A stretch of 64,000 bases of DNA from Candidatus Kuenenia stuttgartensis (GCA_945897435.1 CAMDFJ010000001.1:13072-77071); one strand, 5' to 3'; counted from the first letter of the stretch, positions 9,244 to 18,326 are shown. The notes: a model not told the origin generated them from the sequence alone. Translations and numbers: made by a program.

Positions 9244-10431
9244 ATGAAAATTCACGAGTTTCAGGCCAAGGATCTGCTGCGGGCCGCCGGCGTGCCGGTT
9301 TTGGCCGGAAAGGTTGCCCGCACTCCCGAAGAGGCTGCGGCCGCCTATACGGCGCTTGGCACACCGATCTGCGCGGTCAAGGCGCAGATCCATGCCGGAG
9401 GCCGAGGCAAGGGAACGGTCAAGGGCTCGGCCCAGCGGGGCGTAGAACTGGCGAAGTCGGCCGATGATGCGGCCCGGATCGCCAAGGGCCTGCTCGGCCA
9501 GACGCTCGTCACGATCCAGACAGGCCCCGAGGGGCAGGTCGTGCGGCAGGTGTTCGTCGAGAGCGGCTGCGGGATCGACCGGGAGCTCTACTGCGCCGTC
9601 CTCGTCGATCGTCGCGTCGGCTCGCCTGTCCTGATCGCCAGCACGGCCGGCGGCGTCGACATCGAAGAGGTCGCCGCCAAGACACCGGAATTGATTCTCT
9701 CGGAGCCGTTCGACCCCGACCGGGGTCTGGCCGCCTATCAGGCCAGGCTTCTGGCCGCGAAGCTCGGCCTGCCCACCGCGAGCTGGCGGCATGCCGAAGC
9801 CTTCTTCCGCAAGCTCTGCGCCGCCTTCGTCTCGCTCGACGCCTCGCTGCTCGAGGTCAACCCGCTCGTACTCACCAAGGATGGCACGCTCGTCGCCCTC
9901 GATGCGAAGATGACCTTCGACGACAACGCCCTCTTCCGCCACAAGGACGTGGCCGGACTGCGGGACGAGGCCGAGGAGGAGCCGGCCGAAACCCGTGCCG
10001 CCGCCGCGGGCCTCTCCTACGTCAAGCTCAACGGCACGATCGGCTGCCTCGTCAATGGGGCGGGCCTCGCCATGAGCACGATGGACCTCGTCAAGTATCA
10101 CGGCGGCGAGCCGGCCAACTTCCTCGACGTGGGCGGCGGTGCCGACGTCAACCAGGTCACCGAGGCCTTCCGGATCATCCTCTCCGACAAGAACGTCAAG
10201 GCGATCCTCGTCAACATCTTCGGCGGGATCATGCGTTGCACGACGATCGCCACGGCCCTCGTCGAGGCCTCGAAGACGGTCGGCTTCAGCGTGCCGCTCG
10301 TGGTCCGGCTCGAGGGGACCGAGGTGGAGGAGGGGAAAAAGATCCTCGCCAACAGCGGCACCAAGATCATCACCGCCGACGGGCTGACCGATGCCGCCAA
10401 GAAGGTGGTCGCCGCCGCCAACGCCGTCTAG
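9244..10431 (+). CDS. sucC: Succinyl-CoA synthetase beta subunit
   Basis: [19 protein letters not shown]... ATP-grasp N-terminus and GGIMRC motif. ATG at 9244; the track ORF start at 9061 is an upstream extension. Confidence 0.95.
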   Translation: MKIHEFQAKDLLRAAGVPVLAGKVARTPEEAAAAYTALGTPICAVKAQIHAGGRGKGTVKGSAQRGVELAKSADDAARIAKGLLGQTLVTIQTGPEGQVVRQVFVESGCGIDRELYCAVLVDRRVGSPVLIASTAGGVDIEEVAAKTPELILSEPFDPDRGLAAYQARLLAAKLGLPTASWRHAEAFFRKLCAAFVSLDASLLEVNPLVLTKDGTLVALDAKMTFDDNALFRHKDVAGLRDEAEEEPAETRAAAAGLSYVKLNGTIGCLVNGAGLAMSTMDLVKYHGGEPANFLDVGGGADVNQVTEAFRIILSDKNVKAILVNIFGGIMRCTTIATALVEASKTVGFSVPLVVRLEGTEVEEGKKILANSGTKIITADGLTDAAKKVVAAANAV

Positions 10432-10449
10432 CACCAGGAAACCAGCGTC

Positions 10450-11328
10450 ATGAGCATTCTCGTCAACCGCGACACCCGCGTCATCTGCCAGGGCATCACC
10501 GGCAAGGTGGGCGAATTCCACACCCGCGGCTGTCTCGACTACGGCACCCGGATGGTGGGCGGCGTGACGCCCGGCAAGGCGGGCGAAACCGTCGCCGGCC
10601 TGCCCGTATTCAACACCGTGGCCGAGGCCCGCGACGCGACCGGGGCCAACGCCACGATGATCTTCGTGCCGCCCGCCTTCGCCGCCGACGCGATTCTCGA
10701 GGCGGTCGGCGCGGGCATCGAACTGGTGATCGCGATCACCGAGGGAATCCCGGTGCTCGACATGGCCCGGGTGATGCCGGTCGTGAGGGCCTCCAGAAGC
10801 CGGCTCATCGGCCCCAACTGCCCGGGCGTGATCACGCCTGGCGAGTGCAAGATCGGGATCATGCCCGGCTACATCCATACACCGGGGCACGTCGGCGTGA
10901 TGAGCCGGTCCGGCACGCTCACCTACGAGGCGGTCTGGCAGCTGACCCAGCTCGGCCACGGCCAGAGCACCTGCGTCGGCCTCGGTGGAGACCCGCTCGT
11001 CGGATCGAGCTTCATCGACATCCTCGAACTCTTCCAGAACGATCCCGACACCCACGCCATCCTGATGATGGGCGAGATCGGCGGCTCGGCCGAGGAAGAG
11101 GCCGCGGCCTACGTGAAGGCCCATGTCACGAAGCCGGTCGCCGCCTTCATCGCCGGCCAGACCGCCCCGCCGGGCAAGCGGATGGGCCATGCGGGCGCGA
11201 TCATCTCGGGCGGCAAGGGAACGGCCGAGGCCAAACTCGCCGCCCTGCGGGATGCCGGCATCGAGATCGCCGAAAGCCCGGCCGACATGGGAACGGCCAT
11301 GGCCCGGGCGATCAGCCGTCGGGCCTGA
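10450..11328 (+). CDS. sucD: Succinyl-CoA synthetase alpha subunit
   Basis: [25 protein letters not shown]..., SRSGTLTYE and GHAGAII (phosphohistidine loop). Confidence 0.95.
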   Translation: MSILVNRDTRVICQGITGKVGEFHTRGCLDYGTRMVGGVTPGKAGETVAGLPVFNTVAEARDATGANATMIFVPPAFAADAILEAVGAGIELVIAITEGIPVLDMARVMPVVRASRSRLIGPNCPGVITPGECKIGIMPGYIHTPGHVGVMSRSGTLTYEAVWQLTQLGHGQSTCVGLGGDPLVGSSFIDILELFQNDPDTHAILMMGEIGGSAEEEAAAYVKAHVTKPVAAFIAGQTAPPGKRMGHAGAIISGGKGTAEAKLAALRDAGIEIAESPADMGTAMARAISRRA

Positions 11329-11405
11329 GTCTTTCCGATCCCGCGGCAGACGCTTCGACCGACCTGCGCAGTGGCGTGGATGGGCGGGAGAACTACACTG
11401 ACCGC

Positions 11406-12128
11406 ATGAAGATCAGCCTGTTCATCCCCTGCTTCGTCGATCAGATGACGCCGCAGGTGGGCCTCGCGGTCGCGAAGGTGCTCGAGCGGCTCGGGCACAG
11501 CTGTGAGTTTCGTGCCGCCCAGACCTGCTGCGGTCAGCCGAGCTTCAACGCCGGCTACTGGGACGAGGCCCGTGCCGTCGCCACCCGCGCGATCGACGTC
11601 TTCGAGGACGCCGAGGCGGTCGTCGGCCCGAGCGGGTCGTGCGTGGCGATGATGCGGGTTTTTTATCCGCAGCTGCTCGAGGGCACGCCCCACGAGACCC
11701 GGGCCCTCGATCTGGCAGCCCGGACCTACGAGTTTGGCGAGTTTCTGGTCGACAGGCTCGCTGTCACCGATGTCGGGGCACGGTTTCCGCACCGGGTGAC
11801 CTATCACGACGGCTGCCACGGCCTGCGGGAACTCCGCATCAAGGAGGCTCCGCGGCAGCTGCTTCGGGCCGTCCGGGATCTGGAACTCGTCGAATGCGAC
11901 GAGCCGGAGAGTTGCTGCGGCTTCGGCGGCCTGTTCAGCGTGAAGTTTCCGATGATCTCGACGGCGATGGCGGAGGTGAAGGGGGGCTCGCTCGCCCGGA
12001 CCGGCTGCGACTATATCGTGTCGAGCGATCCCTCCTGCCAGCTGCAGCTCGACGGCTGGCTCTCGCGCAACGCAAGGCAGCCCCGCACGATTCACCTCGC
12101 CGAGGTGCTGGCGAGAACTCCAGGCTAA
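11406..12128 (+). CDS. lutA: Lactate-utilisation protein A (CCG-domain Fe-S oxidoreductase, YkgE-like)
   Basis: [45 protein letters not shown] and a second CCG motif (ESCCGFGG). ATG at 11406, inside the long track ORF 10236..12128. Confidence 0.85.
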   Translation: MKISLFIPCFVDQMTPQVGLAVAKVLERLGHSCEFRAAQTCCGQPSFNAGYWDEARAVATRAIDVFEDAEAVVGPSGSCVAMMRVFYPQLLEGTPHETRALDLAARTYEFGEFLVDRLAVTDVGARFPHRVTYHDGCHGLRELRIKEAPRQLLRAVRDLELVECDEPESCCGFGGLFSVKFPMISTAMAEVKGGSLARTGCDYIVSSDPSCQLQLDGWLSRNARQPRTIHLAEVLARTPG

Positions 12129-12137
12129 AAATCCTGG

Positions 12138-12941
12138 CTACAAATCCTGGCTGACAGGCTCTGACGCAGAGTCTGATTCCTGGTCTGGCTCTGGCTCTGA
12201 CTCAGTATCTGACTCAGACTCTGGTGCCGGTGCTGCGGTGGCCGGGTCAGCTGGAGCTACCGTTGCCGGTGCGTCTGCTGGTGGCTCAGCCGCTGCTGGC
12301 GCTCCAGATGCTCCCGCTGGTTCGGCCGGCGGCGGCTCGCTCGGGGCCGCGGTCCAGTCGCCGGATGCATACTTCTGCAGGAGGTCGTCTCCGATCCTGG
12401 CAGCGTCGGCCGGCTGCTCCGCGAGCGAGCCCGCCACACCCCGCCTGAGCAGCCACGAGCCGGCATCGAGCCTGAGCGTGTGGCCCGTGAGCCGGGCGAC
12501 TTCCGGGACCGGCAGGATCGACATCGCCACGAGCACGGCGCCTGCAACGACCCAGCCGGCAAGGCTGCCGACGATCAGGCCGCCGACACCGTCGATCAGC
12601 GCTGGAAACCGGCCGCTCCCCTCACGGATGCCGCCGCCGATGGCGAGCCGGGTGGCGATCAAAAGGCCGAGGAAGACGAGCCCGAAGGCCGCCGGAAACG
12701 CAAACCCAGGGGGACACTGCAGGCCGACGAGCTGCTCTCTGAGCGGCCCGGCGAACCCCAGCCCCGCCACGAGCGAGAGCCAGACCCCCATCCCGGCGAG
12801 CGTTGCCAGCAGGATCCCGTTCTGCCAGCCGTAGAAGGCCATCCCGGCGACGATCGCCAGCACGACCAGATTGCCGAACGGCTGCAGCGGCGAGGCAGCG
12901 AGCAGGAGCATCTCGGTGGCAATCATCTGGCTCTCGTGCAT
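12138..12941 (-). CDS. CvpA-like polytopic membrane protein with an acidic Pro/Ala/Glu/Ser-rich tail
   Basis: About 4 hydrophobic helices (NLVVLAIVAGMAFYGWQNGILLATLAGMGVWLSLVAGLGF...) in the CvpA pattern. The low-complexity C-terminus ends ...ESESDTESEPEPDQESDSASEPVSQDL. The first ATG at 12941 lies 10 nt after the upstream stop (the track start at 12962 is TTG). ATGs at 12926 and 12911 are also possible. Confidence 0.5.
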   Translation of the reverse strand: MHESQMIATEMLLLAASPLQPFGNLVVLAIVAGMAFYGWQNGILLATLAGMGVWLSLVAGLGFAGPLREQLVGLQCPPGFAFPAAFGLVFLGLLIATRLAIGGGIREGSGRFPALIDGVGGLIVGSLAGWVVAGAVLVAMSILPVPEVARLTGHTLRLDAGSWLLRRGVAGSLAEQPADAARIGDDLLQKYASGDWTAAPSEPPPAEPAGASGAPAAAEPPADAPATVAPADPATAAPAPESESDTESEPEPDQESDSASEPVSQDL

Positions 12942-12951
12942 CTCTGCCGCC

Positions 12952-14568
12952 TCATTTTGCAACCCGGGCGCACTCGCTCAGGCTCGTGACACCCTCGACG
13001 ACCTTCATCAGCGCCGACTCCCGCAGGGTTCGCATCCCCGCCCTCCGGGCGGCAGCCCGCAGGTCTTCGATGGAGGGCCGGCCAATGAGCAGGTCGCGGA
13101 CACCCTTGTCGAACACCATCAGTTCGTAGATGCCGGTCCGGCCCCGAAACCCGGTGCCGTTGCATTCCGGGCAGCCCTTGTCATTTTCGCGGTAGAAGAC
13201 GGTCGCCCGATCGGCCGGGATGCCGTAGCGACGGAGATCCTCCGGAGCCGGCTTGTAGGCCTGCTTGCACTTCGGGCAGAGAACCCGCAGCAGCCGCTGC
13301 CCGAGCACGGCCGTGACCGCCGCCTGGATCCGGGTCGCCTCGATGCCCATGTCGAGCAGCCGGGTGACGGTCGTGGCGGTGTCGTTGGAATGCAGCGTAG
13401 AAAAGACGAAGTGGCCAGTCACGGCCGCCTCCATCGCGATCTCCGCCGTCTCCTTGTCGCGAATCTCGCCCACCAGGATCACGTCCGGATCCTGCCGCAG
13501 CACCGACCGCAGGATCTTGGCGAAGGTCAGGCCCGCTGCCGTGTTGACGGCCGTCTGGGAGATGTTTTCGAGGCGATACTCGATCGGATCCTCGATCGTG
13601 AGGATGTTTCGCGAGAGCACGTCGATCTCGCTGATCGCGGAGTAGAGCGTCGTCGTCTTGCCGGAGCCTGTCGGCCCGCAGACGATCAGCATCCCGTCGG
13701 GCTGGTTGATGATCGCCCGCAACGTCTTGAGCATCGACTCCCGCATGCCGATGCCGTCGAGTCCGGCCTTGACGATCCCGCCGTCGGAATCGAGCAGACG
13801 CAGCGACATCTTCTCGCCGAAGCTCGTCGGCCCGGAGGCGGCACGGATGTCGTACTTCCGCCCCTCGAAGAGCGCGGCGAAGGTTCCATCCTGGGGCAGC
13901 CGCCGCTCGGCGATATCCATGTCGCCGAGGACCTTCGTGGCCGAGACGACGGCCCGGCCCATCGCCCCGTTGAGTGTCGAGATCGTCTGCATGATGCCGT
14001 CGATCCGGTAGCGGATCTGCATCTCGTCGCCGGCCTTCGGCTCCATGTGGATGTCGGTGGCCCGCATCTGCAGTGCGGTGAGCAGGATGCCCTGCACCGA
14101 ACGGATCGCAGTCGATGTCTCGCGGTCGAGATCGCCCTCGTCGCGGCCGTCGTAGGGCTGGCCATTCTTCTTCAGAAGCACGATCTGCACGGCGGCCTTG
14201 GCAACGGCCGGCCGGCCGCCGATCGGCGGCAGAAAACGTTCGACATGGGCCTCGATGCCGAGGCCCCGCGCGGCCCGGCGTGCGAGCAGGTCCTCGGGGG
14301 CTGCATGGGCCTCGCGGGCGAGCAGATAGGAGACGACCGCCAGCGGCACCAGCGGCAGCAGTTCCGGCAGCCAGCCGAATCCGCCCAGACAGGTTGCGAC
14401 AAAGAAGACCACGCCGCAGAGGGTGACGATCCCCTTCCAAAACCGGCTGCGGCCGAAGATCTCGTGGGCGTCCCGCTCGACCCAGAGGCACGCGGCGGCC
14501 CATGCGGCCGCAAGCAGCGTCCACAGCGCTCCCCGGACCGCGAAATGCACGAGGGCCTCGGTCGTCAT
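12952..14568 (-). CDS. GspE/PilB-family type II/IV secretion ATPase with an N-terminal transmembrane region
   Basis: Walker A GPTGSGKTTTLYS, Asp box ILTIEDPIEY, Walker B DPDVILVGEIRD, His box STLHSND, and tetracysteine CPKC...CPEC. The first ~110 aa contain about three hydrophobic helices. ATG at 14568 (MTTEAL); GTG at 14652 is an alternative. Confidence 0.85.
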   Translation of the reverse strand: MTTEALVHFAVRGALWTLLAAAWAAACLWVERDAHEIFGRSRFWKGIVTLCGVVFFVATCLGGFGWLPELLPLVPLAVVSYLLAREAHAAPEDLLARRAARGLGIEAHVERFLPPIGGRPAVAKAAVQIVLLKKNGQPYDGRDEGDLDRETSTAIRSVQGILLTALQMRATDIHMEPKAGDEMQIRYRIDGIMQTISTLNGAMGRAVVSATKVLGDMDIAERRLPQDGTFAALFEGRKYDIRAASGPTSFGEKMSLRLLDSDGGIVKAGLDGIGMRESMLKTLRAIINQPDGMLIVCGPTGSGKTTTLYSAISEIDVLSRNILTIEDPIEYRLENISQTAVNTAAGLTFAKILRSVLRQDPDVILVGEIRDKETAEIAMEAAVTGHFVFSTLHSNDTATTVTRLLDMGIEATRIQAAVTAVLGQRLLRVLCPKCKQAYKPAPEDLRRYGIPADRATVFYRENDKGCPECNGTGFRGRTGIYELMVFDKGVRDLLIGRPSIEDLRAAARRAGMRTLRESALMKVVEGVTSLSECARVAK

Positions 14569-14718
14569 TCGTCGCTTTCCACGGGTCGGGCGACAGCGGT
14601 CGAAGGCCGCGGAGTCGAAGCCATTCCCGTTCGAAAAGGTTGTACCCTGCACCGCGATGCCGCGAAAGCCGCGGCCGATTCTCCAGCCATGCCGGCTGCC
14701 GGGCTATGATTGGGGACG

Positions 14719-16107
14719 ATGATCGCAAACGCCAAAAAACAGTTTCTGCACGACGCCGACGAGCATGTCCGCGACACGGGCCACCGGGCCTTCGTGCAGC
14801 GGGCCCTCGGTGGCTACTACACGAGCCGCGACACCCAGAAGGCCCGCTACCGCGACTGGGAGCATGCCCGCGACGCGGCCAGCCTGGCGAAGTGGTCGGC
14901 CGTCAACAGGCTCGATGAACTGCTGCCGCGGTTCGTCGCAAACTTCGAGGCCAATGGCGGCAGGGTGCACTGGGCCCGCGACGCCGAGGAGGCCCGCAGG
15001 ATCGTGCTCGACCTGCTGCGGGCCGCCAAGGCCCGGGCCGTGATCAAGAGCAAGTGCATGACGAGCGAGGAGATTCACCTCAACGCCGCGATGGAGCAGG
15101 ATGGCTACGGCGTGGTGGAGAGCGACCTCGGCGAGTTCATCCAGCAGCTCCGCGGAGAGCCCCCTTATCACTTCGTCTTTCCCTGCATGCACGTTCGTCG
15201 TGGCGAGATCAGCGATCTGTTTGGAAAGCACCTCGGCACACCGCCGACCGACAGCCCCGAGGAACTGACGATGATCGCCCGCCGGCACATGCGCCGGCTC
15301 TACGTCGATGCCGACGTGGGGATCACCGGCGCCAACTTCCTCGTCGCCGAGACCGGCCAGATCTCGATCACCGAGAACGAGGGCAACGCCCGACTGACGG
15401 CCGCGCTGCCGCGGGTGCATATCGCGATCTCGGGAATCGAGAAGGTGGTCGAGCACCTCGACGACCTCGCGGTGCTCCTGCCGATGCTGGCGACGGCCGG
15501 GGCCGGCCAGCCGATGACCTGCTACAACACCCTCTACGCGGGGCCGAGACGCGAGGGGGAATGCGACGGCCCCGAGGAGATGCACCTCGTGCTCCTCGAC
15601 AACTCGCGGACTGCGATCCTCGCAGATCCCGAGCAGCGGGACAGCCTCCACTGCATCCGCTGCGGAGCCTGCCTCAACGTCTGCCCGATCTTCAAGAACG
15701 TGGGCGGCTTCACCTACGGCACGACGTACCAGGGGCCGATCGGCTCGGTAATCACGCCGCACCTCCGCGGCCTCGCCGACTGGAATCATCTCTCCGGGGC
15801 GAGTTCGCTCTGCGGGGCCTGCACCGACGCCTGCCCGGTGCGGATCGACATCCACCACCACCTGCTCCACAACCGCCGCAACGCCGCCCGCACTGCGCCA
15901 CACTGGCTGGAGCGGATCGGGCACCGGGTGTTCGTCGCCGTCGCCAGCCGCCCCTGGCTCTTCGCCACAGGGGGCGCGGCCTTCCGGAAAACCCTCTGGC
16001 TGGCGAAGAAACTGCGTCCGCCCTTGTTGCGCGACTGGCTCGCCAGCCGCGACCTGCCCGCGGCCCCGAGCCGCAGCTTTCGCGACGAGTGGAGTAGGCG
16101 CCGATGA
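14719..16107 (+). CDS. lutB: Lactate-utilisation protein B (4Fe-4S + LUD domain, YkgF-like)
   Basis: CIRCGACLNVCPIF and CGACTDACPV ferredoxin motifs after a LUD/DUF162-like region. ATG at 14719 (the track start at 14710 is TTG). Confidence 0.85.
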   Translation: MIANAKKQFLHDADEHVRDTGHRAFVQRALGGYYTSRDTQKARYRDWEHARDAASLAKWSAVNRLDELLPRFVANFEANGGRVHWARDAEEARRIVLDLLRAAKARAVIKSKCMTSEEIHLNAAMEQDGYGVVESDLGEFIQQLRGEPPYHFVFPCMHVRRGEISDLFGKHLGTPPTDSPEELTMIARRHMRRLYVDADVGITGANFLVAETGQISITENEGNARLTAALPRVHIAISGIEKVVEHLDDLAVLLPMLATAGAGQPMTCYNTLYAGPRREGECDGPEEMHLVLLDNSRTAILADPEQRDSLHCIRCGACLNVCPIFKNVGGFTYGTTYQGPIGSVITPHLRGLADWNHLSGASSLCGACTDACPVRIDIHHHLLHNRRNAARTAPHWLERIGHRVFVAVASRPWLFATGGAAFRKTLWLAKKLRPPLLRDWLASRDLPAAPSRSFRDEWSRRR

Positions 16108-16862
16108 CCGCTCAGGGCAACCCGGCCGGCGAAATGTCGGCCCGCGACACGATCCTGGCGAGAATCCGTGAGGCCCTGCGGGTGCCGGCGCCGATGCCGC
16201 ACTTCCAGAGCCAGGAGATCGAGAAGGGACACGCGGCCGGAGCCAAAAGCAGCACCGGGCTGCCGACCCTCGCTGTTTTGCCGCTCGATGTCGCCAAGCC
16301 CTGGCTACCCGATGGCGGCGAGACGCCGGCGGAGCGACTGCGGATCCTGGCCGAAAATCTTGAAAAACTCCGGGCGATCGTCCACCGCCTGCCCGACATG
16401 ACGGCCGCGGCCGACTGCCTTTTCGCACTGGCCCGCGAACGCGACTGGAAGGTGGTCGCCTACCACGGCCATCCGCTCGTCGAACCGCTGCTCTCGGGCG
16501 TGCCCTGCAGCACGCTGCGGGTCGATGTCGACTTCGACAAGAACCGGCTCGAGGCCTGCGACGCGGGAATCACCGCCTGCGAGTCGCTCGTGGCCCAGAC
16601 CGGATCGATCCTCGTCTCGAGCGGCACCTGTGGCGGCCGGGCGCTTTCGATCCTGCCCCATGCCCACGTGGTGATCGCCACGGTCGACCAGGTCGTCTCG
16701 ACGCTCGGCGACGCGCTCCACCAAGCCCAGGCCCGCCACGCCGGCCGCCTGCCGAGCATGCTCTCGTTCATCACCGGCCCGAGCCGCACCGGCGACATCG
16801 AGCGGATTCTCGTCCTCGGAGCCCACGGCCCGAAGGAACTGATCCTGCTTCTGGTTGGATAG
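16104..16862 (+). CDS. lutC: Lactate-utilisation protein C (LUD domain, YkgG-like)
   Basis: ATGA overlap with the lutB stop. ARDTILARIREAL N-terminus and ...ITGPSRTGDIE near the C-terminus, typical of LutC. Confidence 0.8.
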   Translation: MTAQGNPAGEMSARDTILARIREALRVPAPMPHFQSQEIEKGHAAGAKSSTGLPTLAVLPLDVAKPWLPDGGETPAERLRILAENLEKLRAIVHRLPDMTAAADCLFALARERDWKVVAYHGHPLVEPLLSGVPCSTLRVDVDFDKNRLEACDAGITACESLVAQTGSILVSSGTCGGRALSILPHAHVVIATVDQVVSTLGDALHQAQARHAGRLPSMLSFITGPSRTGDIERILVLGAHGPKELILLLVG

Positions 16863-16867
16863 CGAGG

Positions 16868-16905
16868 CCTGACCACGTCCGATGTGAGACAGGCTTCAGC
16901 CTGTT
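16868..16905 (+). repeat. REP-like palindromic element, copy 1
   Basis: CCTGACCACGTCCGATGTGAGACAGGCTTCAGCCTGTT, 6 nt after the lutC stop. Hairpin GACAGGC-TTCA-GCCTGT. Confidence 0.9.
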
Positions 16906-17021
16906 CATAAGACTCCAGCTTCGGGGGCGGCAAAAGTCTCGTCGCTGTGGCCCTCGAGGACTCGGTCCAAACGCTCCTCGAGCGTTCGCCGACCCCCTCG
17001 CCTGCCCGCGTGGGATAGGAG

Positions 17022-17059
17022 CCTGACCACGTCCGATGTGGGACAGGCTTCAGCCTGTC
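17022..17059 (+). repeat. REP-like palindromic element, copy 2
   Basis: CCTGACCACGTCCGATGTGGGACAGGCTTCAGCCTGTC. Differs from copy 1 at 2 of 38 positions and lies in the same orientation. Confidence 0.9.
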
Positions 17060-17230
17060 TGGCGGCTTGAAAGGCTATCGCAACGTATTTGCCTTTCATC
17101 ATCAGACGCGCCTAGCATTCGAAGAGACGACGCGGCCCGTACAAGAGCCGCTTTTCCGGCTTGCACGATCGAGATGGCAGTGAGCCGGCCGCCCGCCTTG
17201 GCGGCCGACGAAGACGGGAGTAGAGATCGC

Positions 17231-17707
17231 ATGTTTGCGAATGTGGCACGCATCGGGCACGGCATCCGGGGTTTCGCCTCCGTCATGCCCTCCGTACGTG
17301 TGACCCACGCGCTCCTGTTTCTCGCCGCCTCGATCGTGTCGCCGGGCGTCTGCGATGCCTGCATGGCCCCATGCCATGCTTCGGGCCTCGCGTCGTCCGT
17401 CGCTGCAACCCATTGCTGCGGGTCGCCCGAAGGGGCGCTCCCAGTCTGCATGGCCGATGTCGGCGACGGCGATACGAACACCTGTGGCCAGTCTGCCGCT
17501 GGCTGTCGCTGCCAGATGGCCCCGGCAGACGCCGCGCCGATGGCGATCGGAAAACGCCTCCCGCCACCGGTGAGGGCGGGCGATCTGGCGGCTTCCCCGG
17601 CGGCGTTCGCGGCCGACCCATCGCTGCTGGTTCGCCAGGCGTTTTCCGTCTCCCGACCGCCGCCAACCCGTCCGCTGCGGGTGCTCTACGGTGTCTGGCG
17701 GAATTGA
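17231..17707 (+). CDS. Hypothetical Cys/His-containing protein with a probable N-terminal signal/anchor
   Basis: ATG at 17231, inside track ORF 17036..17707. Hydrophobic THALLFLAASIVSPGV followed by CDACMAPCH...HCCGSPEGALPVCMADVGDGDTNTCGQSAAGCRCQ. I recognise no domain. Confidence 0.35.
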   Translation: MFANVARIGHGIRGFASVMPSVRVTHALLFLAASIVSPGVCDACMAPCHASGLASSVAATHCCGSPEGALPVCMADVGDGDTNTCGQSAAGCRCQMAPADAAPMAIGKRLPPPVRAGDLAASPAAFAADPSLLVRQAFSVSRPPPTRPLRVLYGVWRN

Positions 17708-17806
17708 GCGGATCGGCCCGGCAGGTTTTTCCTGCCTGTCGATCGTGCAGGCGGGTGTTCCGCCGGCACCTGCTCGATTCTGGTTCCACATCGAAGGAGA
17801 TTCACC

Positions 17807-17953
17807 ATGTCTGCGATTTTTCTCTGGGCCCTGATGGCCCTTGCTCCGGCGGCCCAGGCCGCCTGTGACACCTGCGACTGCAACTGCTGCGGCTGCTGCG
17901 ACACAGGGACGTGCAACTGCACGACCTGCAGCTGCACCTGCTGCACGAAGTAG
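17807..17953 (+). CDS. Small cysteine-rich exported peptide (48 aa; not in the ORF track)
   Basis: AGGAG (17795-17799) lies 7 nt before ATG 17807. Translation: MSAIFLWALMALAPAAQA/ACDTCDCNCCGCCDTGTCNCTTCSCTCCTK, stop TAG 17951-17953. 41 of 48 codons end in G/C, matching genome bias. Two hairpins follow. Confidence 0.55.
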   Translation: MSAIFLWALMALAPAAQAACDTCDCNCCGCCDTGTCNCTTCSCTCCTK

Positions 17954-17966
17954 TTCGGTCCACGGT

Positions 17967-17998
17967 CGGGCACACGACGGCGACCCCGCGTGTGCCCG
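17967..17998 (+). terminator. GC-rich hairpin downstream of the small Cys-rich ORF
   Basis: CGGGCACACG / CGTGTGCCCG form a 10-bp stem (17967-17976 with 17989-17998) around a 12-nt loop. There is no U-tract, and REP copy 3 follows. Confidence 0.35.
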
Positions 17999-18016
17999 GC
18001 CGGCCTCCGAGACCAT

Positions 18017-18034
18017 GACAGGCTGAAGCCTGTC
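18017..18034 (-). repeat. REP-like palindromic element, copy 3 (core)
   Basis: GACAGGCTGAAGCCTGTC flanked by CCATG... and ...CAAGATCGG. Reverse orientation relative to copies 1 and 2. Confidence 0.85.
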
Positions 18035-18326
18035 CAAGATCGGATGGCGCCCACGGAATAACCGATACAGCCGCGTGATTTTTCCGCTGGCTGACTTTTT
18101 CGGTCCGCGAAGATCGATCTTCTGCTGTGAGTTTGCCGCTCGCGCAAACCTGGGTGGTCGCGGAACAGCGTCATGGAAGGGTTCCGCTTCCAACCCGGGG
18201 ATGTCGGCGGTGGTCTCGGCCGGGCTCACTGAGGAACGCCACCAACTGGGGATGGCGGCTCCTCGGAACGCCTGGAAATCGTGATCGCGAAACGTGTGCG
18301 TGTTCTTTTTTTCTCCGGAGGTTTCT

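Noticed and set aside
8731-11190. 819-aa minus-strand ORF
   Set aside because: It runs antisense to the unmistakable sucC and sucD genes. Its translation is Arg/Gly/Asp/His-rich low-complexity sequence with no motifs, a typical high-GC antisense artefact.
12871-14709. 612-aa plus-strand ORF (and 13181..14728 minus, 515 aa)
   Set aside because: Both overlap the GspE-like gene in other frames or on the other strand. Only the 12952..14568 frame carries the Walker A/B, Asp/His box and Cys4 motifs.
17036-17230. ORF starts reading MWDRLQPV... (also the 22958 and 33811 regions) and ...AEACPTSDVVR... peptides
   Set aside because: These recurring peptide strings are simply translations of the REP-like element in different frames. 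I used internal ATG starts instead.
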